Below are positions 49,401 to 57,715 of a stretch of DNA of 64,000 nucleotides, piece by piece (positions within the stretch are counted from its first letter, which is position 1; every line of letters begins with the position of its first letter). The position numbers and the translations under genes were made by a program. The notes below the pieces were generated by a model. It had not been told where the DNA came from. It searched no databases and worked only from the letters and a program-made list of their open reading frames with translations. The stretch is from Gnetum montanum (taxonomy: Eukaryota; Plantae; Gnetophyta), in NCBI GenBank assembly GCA_015680685.1, contig MNCI01000751.1:62001-126000 (forward strand), given 5' to 3'.

Positions 49401-52400
49401 TCAACATGCCACAGTTCTCTTTAGATTCTTTAAAAGCGTAAATGGCCAACTTGGTATCCTAGGGTGATTTAGGCTCTTTGGTGTTTGACATTGGCAGAGG
49501 TTCCTGGGCTACTAAGACCAGAACCCTAGCTAGTTTATCAAAGAAGGCGTGTGTGGAATGTACAAGGGGCCCAAATTATCAATGCAAGAGAATAGAGGCA
49601 AGAGGGTAAAAGGTTGGAGCAGGTGGAGGCCACAAGGCCTCATGCGACGTGCAACAAGAGGGTTTTGGTCACCCTGAGGAGCTTAAGAAACTAGTCGACA
49701 AGGCTTGTAGGCTAGCTGTTGAGCAAGACCATGCCAAGGAGAGGGTGGCTTGGGAGGCAAGGTGGAAGGGGAGGGAGGCAAATATTCAACAAATGGCAGA
49801 TCTTCAATGGGAGGCAGACTTGCAACAGTTGGCGAACCTGGTTGAGAGATAGAGAATGGAGCTACAACAACTGATTGAATGGTGCATGAAAAGACAAGAT
49901 GTGGCTATCAAGTTCTAGGAGTCAAAAATTCACCAAGAGAACCTGAACAAGGAAGACTCACAATCGACCACGACAAAGACAACACTGTGATTTTTGGGGT
50001 AGGGTTGTGGGTTCATTTTAGGGGTTCTTTTTGATAAGAGGTTGGTGATTTGATCTTAGGGAAGGGGTTTAGTGTGGTTTGTGTGGGTTATCTCGAAATA
50101 GATAATTTTGAGGGGTGCTTGCAAGGTGATTTTGGCCAAATTCAGGCCATGGGATGGGAGTTTGATGTGTTGGGGGTTGGGAACTAGTTGGGGTTTCTCT
50201 CTCTAATGTCTAAGAGCAGTTTTTCAGACACATACATGTTTTGTTTTTTTTTTTTTTTTTNTTTTTTTTTTTTTTTTTTTTTTTTTTGAGAAAATGTTAG
50301 GATATATTAGCTCAAAAAGTATATGTACATGACCAAAAAACCCCTCTCCAAAATCAGAGAGAGAAACCCCAACCCCCAACAAGTCAACCCCCATCCCATG
50401 GCCGAAATTCAGCTGAACACCTCAAACCACAACCCCCCCACCCTCTCTCTCAAAATTCTCAATTTCAAAACAACCCACATAGACTACACCAAAACCCCTT
50501 CCCAAAATCAAACCTCCACCCACTCATCAAAAACGTACCCTTAACACAAACCCAAAAGCCTACCCCAAAAATCGCCATGCAATATCCAACGCGATCGACT
50601 GTGAGTCTTTCTCGTCCATGTGCACCCATTGAGTTCTCAACTCCTCTTGCAACTCCTGCAGCACAACCTCCACATCTTGTCTTTTCCTACATCTTTCAAT
50701 CAGCTGCTGCTGCTCCATTTTTTGTTTCTCAACCAAATTCACCATGCATTGCAAGTCCGCGTCCCACTAAAGATCTACCATCTGTTGAATATCTACTTCC
50801 CTCACCTTCCACCTAGCCTCCCAAGCCGCCCACTCCTCTGCCAAGGCCTACTCAACAACCAACCTACTAGCCTAGTCAACTAGTTCCTTAAGCTCCTCGG
50901 TGTGAACAAACCCCTCCCGCTACACGCCACTAGACGTTGTCGTGACCGCCACCCACTCCAACTGTTTACCCTCCTATGGATGTTATCTACATCAATCAAC
51001 TAGGCCCCCTATACAATCCATGCACGCCTGCGTTGATAGACCAGCCATGGCCCCAAACTCAGCACCTTGGGAATCTCTGCAGACCCCAAACGCCAAAGAG
51101 CCAAAATTATCCCAAGGTGCCAACCAGGGTGTTTACGCCTCAACAAACCTAAGAAGAACCACAACATGTTGACACAAATATCATACTTCAAGCACCACAT
51201 GAACACAAAATGGGCACCCAACAGCTTGTGAGAGAACCCCATTTGAAGAAAAAACCAATCAATCAAAACAACGATAGTCTGCCACAATGAGGGCAATGTC
51301 GACTTCCTCATGTGCCTACTCGCCATCCTCGGGACCGCACCTTAGAGGAATTCCTTGGCGTATGCCTGACCCCTCTCTTGGCAACCTAGTCACCTTAGCC
51401 AACACCACCTCTGTCACTTGAATTCTCTTCCCTCATAAATGAGTCTCGTCTTGCACCCAATTATCAAAAAATGCCTAGTCCATGAGCCCTAGCTCCCCTT
51501 CTATGCGCTACAGCATGTCATCCCATCCAATTCATTCAATAATGGTCCACAACGCAGCATTTCCTTTAAATTTTGTTACCACAAGCTTGTACTGCTACAA
51601 CTACCCCATATTACATACCACTTCCACCCACAAATTTAATCCTACCTTGGCAATATCCACCGGTAGTGGCAACCATACTCCACAAAAAATTAGATTGTTG
51701 CGGCTCTTCCACCCTGCCCACAGCACAGCCAACTCCTTCAAGTCTCCGCCCGGTCTTAGCATTGATGTTAGCCTAGCAACCTGTCAAGCATCCTGCATAA
51801 ATTGGCAACAATGCACAAAATATATTAATATTCATCCCCCCAAGCTCTTAATATTCCATGCAATGGGAGTGTCTTATGTACAATTAACCATGCAAAGGCC
51901 TTAATTTTTCGGGGAGCCACCCTCTTTAAATACCTGTCCAGCCAGCAACTAGCAAATGAAAAGCCTTGATCAACTCTTTTGGAGGTTTGTGCACTAGGTC
52001 TTTCGCTTGCATCTCCTAAACATGCTTGCAAATGTTCTGCCATAACCATGACCCCCCGTGTCCATGTTCCATCTCTAATATTTTTGCTTCATCAGCCTTA
52101 CCCATTGGGCCTGCCCAATCAATCTATTCACCAGGAAAGCATGCCAAGCTTAATCTCATCTCTAAAGAGCAACATCCCAATTCCCTCTGCATTTTTTGGT
52201 TTCACCGTCATCTCCTAGCACACCAAATGTAGCTTATCCCCACCACCAAACCAGATGAACTATCATATCATCGAGTTAATCTTTTGAATCACCATCGTAG
52301 GCAGCACCACCATGAAAGTGGTGAACCTTGCCCCCACCATGAGGATGGAAGAAGCCAACAACATTTTCCCTTTTCTAGACAAAAACCTATTTTTCCAATG

Positions 52401-55400
52401 CTCAGTATTGGCTCGCAGCTTCTGAACCAACGCCATCCACATTTGCTTACGTGCCATTCGAAAACTAACATTCCTAAGTAGGAATCCTGCATGCGCCTCA
52501 CAATATTCCCAACATTTGCAAAACCTGTCATCCCACCAAAGCCAACATGTAATCAAATGTATTGCTAACTTAACCTTGTTGACTTCGAGGCTGAGCTCCT
52601 TCTCCATCCATTCCAAAGCTCTCTTAAGCACCTCAACCTGAGTGACAGATGCCCTGGAAAAGAGATTGTGTTATCAACATAATGCTCGATGAGGCAGTGG
52701 ACCCCAGCCACCACCAACCCTTCCATACCCTCGACAATGCAATAGTGTTGCATCATGTCCATCACTAGGATGAATAGCAACAGTGATAGTGGATCCCCTT
52801 ACCTCAACCCTCTTTCCAGCACCTGAAATCCCCACAATCTCCCATCAATGTTGAAGGAATATCTACTAGAGCTCTACAAATGAATATGAAGATTAACAAA
52901 TTGAAGTGTGAAACCTCTACGTATCATAACCTCCTTCAAAGCTTCCCAGCTTACAATGTCGTACACCTTGGTGATATCTAGTTTGATGCACATGCCTGGG
53001 AACCCAGTGCAAAGCAATGAGTGCAGAATCTCTTATAGCAAAATAACCTAGTCTTGCAAGAAGTGACCTTTAACAAACCTCGCCTACTTCTCACCCACCA
53101 GTTTCTTCATCAATGGTGACATTTGGTTAATAATCATTTTGGTGAAAAGTCTCAAAAGGGTATTACAGACCCCTATGGGTCTAAAATGTTTTGGTGAGGT
53201 TGGAACCAGCACCTTCGAGATAAGCACAATCCTGGAGCAATTTAGCTCCCTACAAACCTGTTGCCATCACAACATGTTGTTAAAAACATCTAATATGTTC
53301 TCCTCTAAATAGTCAGCAAACTCCCAAAAAAATTCAATGGGCTATCCATCTGGCCCCGACACCTTGTTGGCCTTCATGGACTTCATTGTCATTTCCATCT
53401 CCAATCTAGAGAAAGGCCACATCAGATCCTAGTTCTCAGCTTCATCAAGAACCCGCCGCACAAGGACCAAAAGATGCTCCATCTCTCTATGTCGCCAAAC
53501 ATTCTCCCAGTAATTCTGCACCACCTCAACCACCTGTGGTGCCCGCTTTGCCCCTTCCCCCCATCTCCCCGTCCAGCATAAGTTGTAGCTTTTGCTGCAT
53601 TGCCCCCCACCCTTTGGCTGCAGCAAAGAAGAAACACATATTTCAATCTCCCTCTCGTAACTAGGTAATGCAAATACGTTGTCACCAGTAACCCTCCCCC
53701 TCCAAGTCCAACTCTTGCAACTCTCTTAGCAGCTCACGTTAGCCCCATCTTCCTGTTGCTTTTGTATCTCCCCAAGGCTGGCCTACAACTGAGCTCTATA
53801 AGCTCTGAAGCTATATCTCTCCTCCGAGGTTCTAGCCTGTATCCTGTGTTTTAGCATTTTAAGCCCATATTTCAGGAAATCCCTCGACTCTTGGGCAACT
53901 AAGTATCCTTGCCATATGTCCTTAATGATCAACCTCAACAACGACTTCCCCAGCCACATGAGCTCAAAGCCACATGAGTGTCATACCATTACGACTTTCA
54001 TTATAGCTTCTTGCTGGAATGTAAGACATTCGTTCTGCTCAATAGTAACTCTAGTTTGTCATTGGCATGTTTTCTGTTGAACACTCTAGTTCTATTTTAT
54101 GTTTGACAAAGATGTAGCCTCTACCTAAGACCCAACAGGTGTTGGTGTCAACTGCTCCTTTATTTTGTTCTTGTCAATTGTCATTAATTATGGTCATGTC
54201 CCAGCACCAGTCTATCTGTTTTCTCTTTTTCCCCACAATCAGCAATATTTTCAGTTCAATTATGAGTAATGTTTAACTCATGTAGAATCTTTTAGCAAGT
54301 TTGGATACCTTAACTGTGTTTTCTCCATTGACTACAGGTCTCAATTTGGGCCTGTCAGTTTCCCAGCTATTTTTGGAGGTAACTGTAATCATTGTTAGCC
54401 ATCAAATTAAGCTTCTCCAACGTATATCATCTTCAAACAGATGAATAAACTTAAGTGGTAAATAAGTGCATGCAGAATATTTTCAGATATAAAAATAACT
54501 CACAAAAGGTGGTAAATTTTGCTAGCACATGTCAAATTTTCCTATGACCGCTAGTTGCAAAAGCCTCCGCAAATCACCATAAGTTCAGTTATTGGTAAAC
54601 TCCAAGGATGAAGATGAGGTAAGATCTTTTGATCATTGTGTTTTACTCCCAACTGATTTTAAAATAACATAAATAAGCTGCATGGAAAATTTAAGGCTAA
54701 AATTAACCAAAAGGAGTGAAGCCTATGCTAGGGCAAAAAATTCTTTAAAAAAAACAGAATGTCAATTTATCCAAGCTGACGACAAGGATCAGCCATTTCT
54801 TAGTTGTAGCTAAGGTTAATAATGGCGCTTATCAGTTGGGATTCCTTATTTATTGCCTATCTCAAAGGTATGTAATATAATAAGATTTGTTACTTTCATG
54901 TTATAGGTCAGAAGCTCACAGGTTCGTATTAAGATCCATTTCAATTTTGTCATTGCATTAATTCAATTTACCAAAGGTAAAAACTATATGTCTCTTCTCA
55001 TTTCAAGTTTACAATGTATAAATTCAATATGTAATAACACATTGAAATACCACCTTTTCATAATCAGAAATTGTTGCAGATGCATCATCAGGATCCAGTG
55101 GAACAGCATCCTTAGAGGGCCTAGAAAACTTCCAGGCACATTGTTCCCAAACCCGACCAATCCATCTGCTAAGAAGTTGAAAACCTTCAATCACCATTTC
55201 ATACATGTTGCCCTCCACTTCCTTAATCCACTCAGGATCAGTAGCTGCATCTGACTTAGCCAGCAAAAGCTGAATTTAAACTTAAATTAGAATTGATAAC
55301 AGTGAATATATAAGTGAAGTACAAAAGAAATTATGAAAAGAAAATACTTGAATTCATATAATAATTTATGAAAGGAAAAACCATGCACAAGAAACCAGCA

Positions 55401-57021
55401 ATTAACCGATAGACCTGGTTGGATGCAGCTGCAAACCGTAGAGCAAAATCATCATGTTCTGCACGAATAGCTGCGATGTGACTAAGTATTAAATATTGGC
55501 GCTGATACTTTTTTCAAGTTAAGGAAACCTCAGATTGAAATTTTTGAAATAAACAACCCACAAAACAAAAAAGAAAAAATTTTAATGGAACAAGTATTGT
55601 AACCATCAACATTTTCAAGCATCTTATTTAATCATTTTATTGCTTCCCTATATCTGATTGGGGTCTCAGTGTGATCTTAAGTTTTCATTTTTCTATAGAT
55701 TATTCTGTTCCAGTCTGTAGTAACTTACTCTTTAGATTTCAATTTTCTATGTATCTACAGATCATCAAGATTTTGGATGCATCTTTCTTCAACATTTGGT
55801 AACGCTGCAATTTAAGGAAGTCATACTCCCACTGCATGTATGACCAACTAAACCGGTCATACCTGAAATATCAATTTTTTATTCAATGAAAAGAGTGTTT
55901 TGAATTCTTGATTTCGTTGGAGTGATTTACAGTTTTGTTGGTGACATTAAGTTGCTCATATAGCGTATGTATCCCTTCCACATGTCATTAAATTCCAATG
56001 TCAGACATAATCCATGTCCTACTGACCCTCTATCTGGAACTGCAACCGAAAACATATTACCAGAATATCCTCAAACGCCTAATAAACCCAAAGTTCAGTT
56101 CCCAATCGAATGTTACCAAAAATCTATCTTGAGCTTTGCTATCAAGTAAATTGATAATAATGGCATGGCATGCCATTCTTTGAACATCAAACACGACAAA
56201 GATCTTGCCACTTCATCCTTTTGCAACTCAACAGCAGTACCTAGGAGGTTATTTGACAAAAAAATCGAAAAGAACATCATGGTTTCAAGTAAAATCGTGA
56301 GATATTTTTGGCAAACTCCAGCAATCAAAATAGATAGGAAAATTGGTATCTCCATTGTGATCTAGGTGTCACTTATCTCTTACTGACCCTTTATGATTCT
56401 ATTTCTTTTCATGTCACCTCCTACGTCCTGTTATTTTCTTGGTTTTACGGACTGTTCTTTCATGCTACATTCATTTCTCTGTTTGGCAGGTTTATTTTGC
56501 AAGTTACTCCTCCATGTATACATAGAATTGATGCTTTTTAAATAAGATATTTTAAAAATGTGCAAGAACTGCACATCTTCCTTGCTCAAAATCATATTGG
56601 ATTTTTTAAAAAGTTTCCTGATTTTCATTCAAGAAGAATTAAGCTATTGGTTTAAAATAAAATTTTACGTAACATCAAAGGAAGGAAAGAAATAGGCAGA
56701 CAAAATCAAAAGAATGACAGCATGAACTTAATCACATTTTAACTTTCTCTTAAAAAATAATAGTCGTCGTCATCATCCTAGCCTTATCCCAACTACGTGT
56801 GGTCAGCTGTATAAGTTCTCTTGACAAATAGTAATTTAATTTATTTCCTACATGTAAACAAAAGGATATTCTAAAGCCTCCCGTGGCCCAAGTTCATGGG
56901 GTGTGGGAAGTGCAAGGAGCCGACTTTGACTTGAAAATCGTTGAAAGTATGAAGACAGCTCTTTGAGCATTGTTGCAGGTGCAAGATGAAGATCTGGAAA
57001 TGCTGGTATAACAGGATCCTT
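7274..57021 (-). CDS. PIR: PIR/SRA1/KLUNKER (CYFIP family, WAVE/SCAR regulatory complex subunit), internal part: 13 exons, 1830 nt, 610 codons; gene extends beyond both window edges
   Basis: Exon translations follow the Arabidopsis PIR order as I recall it ([88 protein letters not shown]). Splice phases are compatible at all 12 junctions and there are no stops. Confidence 0.96.
7937..8080 (-). CDS. PIR: PIR exon L: [48 protein letters not shown]
   Basis: TTTCAG acceptor; 144 nt; donor CAG|GTTAGG. Confidence 0.94.
8160..8279 (-). CDS. PIR: PIR exon K: [40 protein letters not shown]
   Basis: TTGCAG acceptor; 120 nt; donor GTG|GTAAGA. Confidence 0.94.
8425..8552. repeat. Tandem repeat, about 40-48 bp x3 (actaatttacttaaaa...acatatttgtgat)
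   Basis: Three successive near-identical units read directly. Confidence 0.85.
8880..9688 (+). mobile_element. Internally deleted LINE remnant with poly(A) tail
   Basis: LINVYGP EN-like motif near 8945; ends aatataattccagaccatttccc followed by an A-run; left boundary approximate. Confidence 0.6.
10555..10657 (-). CDS. PIR: PIR exon J: (S)[34 protein letters not shown]
   Basis: TGCAG acceptor; 103 nt; donor AAG|GTATGT. Confidence 0.92.
10740..10816 (-). CDS. PIR: PIR exon I: [25 protein letters not shown]
   Basis: AATAG acceptor; 77 nt; donor AG|GTATGA. Confidence 0.93.
11501..11665 (+). mobile_element. tRNA-derived SINE, copy 1 (degenerate)
   Basis: A-box-like tgaagtaatgg and B-box ggttcaagcc; colinear with 31695-31855. 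Confidence 0.65.
12170..13526 (-). mobile_element. 3' fragment of J-domain LINE (extension domain, coiled coil, J-domain)
   Basis: [31 protein letters not shown] ... [28 protein letters not shown]; homologous to the other copies. Confidence 0.8.
13535..15622 (+). mobile_element. Probable solo LTR or LTR remnant
   Basis: cctataaatagaggggg TATA motif at about 14336 followed by GA-rich sequence; ends ggggttaatca; no convincing TSD, boundaries uncertain. Confidence 0.45.
15960..16245 (+). repeat. Dispersed unclassified repeat, copy 1 (copy 2 at 33100-33350)
   Basis: Shared colinear blocks tgtgggaatgcaac..ccacatt, T-run, ttaggatta..caacc, tgttgctt.taaa. Confidence 0.65.
17258..17428 (-). CDS. 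PIR: PIR exon H: [57 protein letters not shown]
   Basis: GGCAG acceptor; 171 nt; donor GAG|GTATAT. Confidence 0.95.
18279..19280 (-). mobile_element. Solo LTR (about 1 kb) inserted in LINE ORF1
   Basis: TG...CA termini (tggtgc...ccctaca); flanks ctatg/ctatt; non-coding, with internal agacatct repeats. Confidence 0.6.
19287..23633 (-). mobile_element. Ty1/Copia LTR retrotransposon, degenerate: 5' LTR 23432-23633 (internally deleted), gag-PR-INT-RT-RH, 3' LTR 19287-19960
   Basis: Both LTRs tgttataat...ttttccaaca; PBS TGGTGTTAGA (iMet-like) at 23420-23429; PPT AGGGGGAG next to the 3' LTR; [48 protein letters not shown]; TSD tattg/catcg. Confidence 0.93.
26682..27375 (-). mobile_element. 5'-truncated J-domain LINE 3' end
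   Basis: [30 protein letters not shown]...[16 protein letters not shown]; T-run at 26682-26690 is the poly(A) tail. Confidence 0.85.
27380..29278 (+). mobile_element. 3' part of a divergent J-domain LINE
   Basis: WAI*KA..; [16 protein letters not shown]; [13 protein letters not shown]; [31 protein letters not shown]; A tail near 29270. Confidence 0.8.
28051..28247. repeat. Perfect tandem repeat, 49 bp x4
   Basis: gaaggacaac recurs at 28052, 28101, 28150 and 28199. Confidence 0.95.
29332..29408 (-). CDS. PIR: PIR exon G: (A)[25 protein letters not shown]
   Basis: CTGCAG acceptor; 77 nt; donor CAG|GTAAAA; not in the ORF track. Confidence 0.94.
31359..31527 (-). CDS. PIR: PIR exon F: [15 protein letters not shown]...[18 protein letters not shown]
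   Basis: TGTAG acceptor; 169 nt; donor AG|GTCATC. Confidence 0.93.
31695..31855 (+). mobile_element. tRNA-derived SINE, copy 2 (degenerate)
   Basis: Colinear with 11501-11665 (gtaaggt.ct..tttctca.gt..gaagac; agaggt.ag; cttgg....atgag.attgagg). Confidence 0.6.
33100..33350 (+). repeat. Dispersed unclassified repeat, copy 2
   Basis: Similar to 15960-16245. Confidence 0.6.
33460..33730 (+). mobile_element. Short LINE 3'-UTR fragment
   Basis: T-rich, ends aatataatcccaacctttctcccaaaaaa, the shared LINE 3' motif. Confidence 0.55.
33793..40580 (+). mobile_element. Ty1/Copia element, 3'-truncated: 5' LTR 33793-34256, PBS 34257-34268, gag interrupted by a LINE, PR, INT, partial RT
   Basis: tgttag...ctcaca LTR; TGGTATCAAAG PBS; [55 protein letters not shown]. 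Confidence 0.9.
34541..37905 (+). mobile_element. L1 LINE with both ends and 17-bp TSD, large internal deletion (ORF1 joined to RT near 35055), J-domain extension; nested in Copia gag
   Basis: TSD aaacaa(a/g)attc(c/t)gcata at 34524-34540 and 37906-37922; PWFYGAQGL joined to [13 protein letters not shown]; [34 protein letters not shown]. Confidence 0.92.
40697..40841 (-). CDS. PIR: PIR exon E: (R)[15 protein letters not shown]...[10 protein letters not shown]
   Basis: CGCAG acceptor; 145 nt; donor CAA|GTATGT. Confidence 0.93.
41040..41251 (-). CDS. PIR: PIR exon D: [17 protein letters not shown]...FKKKKDRA(R)
   Basis: TTACAG acceptor; 212 nt; donor AG|GTTTGT. Confidence 0.94.
42030..46375 (-). 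mobile_element. Best-preserved L1 LINE, 5'-truncated in EN: RT, zf-RVT, extension domain, coiled coil, J-domain
   Basis: Long ORFs 45000-46330 and 44319-44993 ([44 protein letters not shown]); [24 protein letters not shown]. Confidence 0.95.
46380..50240 (+). mobile_element. L1 LINE (end of ORF1, ORF2 from ATG 46484, internal deletion near 49345, extension without J-domain)
   Basis: [12 protein letters not shown]; FTWSNRR..SRIDQV; KAPRPDGWP; [10 protein letters not shown]; HYADE; coiled-coil tail. Confidence 0.9.
48296..48689. mobile_element. About 394-bp unclassified insertion in LINE RT
   Basis: Absent from the sister copy near 52860; flanked by gagctca direct repeats (48289-48295, 48690-48696). 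Confidence 0.65.
50245..53970 (-). mobile_element. 5'-truncated L1 LINE, same subfamily as 46380-50240, long poly(A), extension without J-domain
   Basis: T-run 50245-50287; RT HYVD; [14 protein letters not shown]; [17 protein letters not shown]; coiled coil ending WRFLG*. Confidence 0.9.
55054..55269 (-). CDS. PIR: PIR exon C: [51 protein letters not shown]...SDYEK
   Basis: TTCAG acceptor; 216 nt; donor AAG|GTGGTA. Confidence 0.93.
55415..55508 (-). CDS. PIR: PIR exon B: (E)[31 protein letters not shown]
   Basis: 94 nt; preceded by U12 branch site TTCCTTAAC; donor CAG|GTCTAT. Confidence 0.92.
55509..56869 (-). other. U12-type (minor spliceosome) intron with AT...AA termini, 1361 nt
   Basis: 5' end ATATCCTTT; branch site TTCCTTAAC ending 9 nt before the 3' end; reading frame requires GA|G-TAT-CAG so the intron ends in AA. 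Confidence 0.88.
56763..56810 (-). mobile_element. Extreme 3' end of an RTE-clade retroposon (or RTE-tailed SINE)
   Basis: Minus strand gctgaccacacgtagttgggataaggct followed by a (GAT/GAC)n tail resembles the plant RTE 3' stem-loop as I recall it. Confidence 0.65.
56870..57021 (-). CDS. PIR: PIR exon A: [50 protein letters not shown](E)
   Basis: CTGCAG acceptor; 152 nt; ends GA|ATATCCTTT (U12 donor). Confidence 0.93.
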
Positions 57022-57715
57022 CTGCAGCAAATAATAGTTGGACAAAAAAACATCACATTCTCAGAAGATCACATAGAATCATGGTATCAGTCTCATAAAA
57101 CAGCTAAGCATTTGTAAAAAAACTGCACTGATGCAAAATCCTGGAATGTTTCAGCATACAGTTTAATCGATGAAAACAGGTGCGAAAAAAATCCATGACA
57201 TATTTCGTTCAGTTACAAAAAGCCACGAGCCTTCAGCTTGCAAGTAACACTTGTATATAAATGTTAGAGAGTCTTGTAAGTATTCTGCACTTGAACTATT
57301 CCAACACCTTGTAGATAGTCCCAACACCCTTGATCCACAAAAACTAGCAGAACGTTGAATTTACATATAGTGAAAATGACGTGATAAAACAAGAGTTAGT
57401 AGTTTCTGAACAAGTGTTCTAAAATTATGAATACGAAATTTCTGAACAAGTGTTCTAAGAAATGTAAACTATATGAATACGTACTCTTTGAATTTGAAGT
57501 TCATTACTATATGTTTTAAGTTAGAAGATTTAAAGAATTGCTTTTGTCTTGAAACTGATATGGTTACTTAATTTTTAAATAACATTTATTGAGAAGCTAT
57601 GTAGGTTATGATGGTATCCTTTTTAAACTCAAAATGAAAAGCCAAGACTAAGCTTTCATTTTCTATGAATAAGGTGTTGCCTAGAATCTTTTAAAAAAAA
57701 TTCTACCCAATGTGT

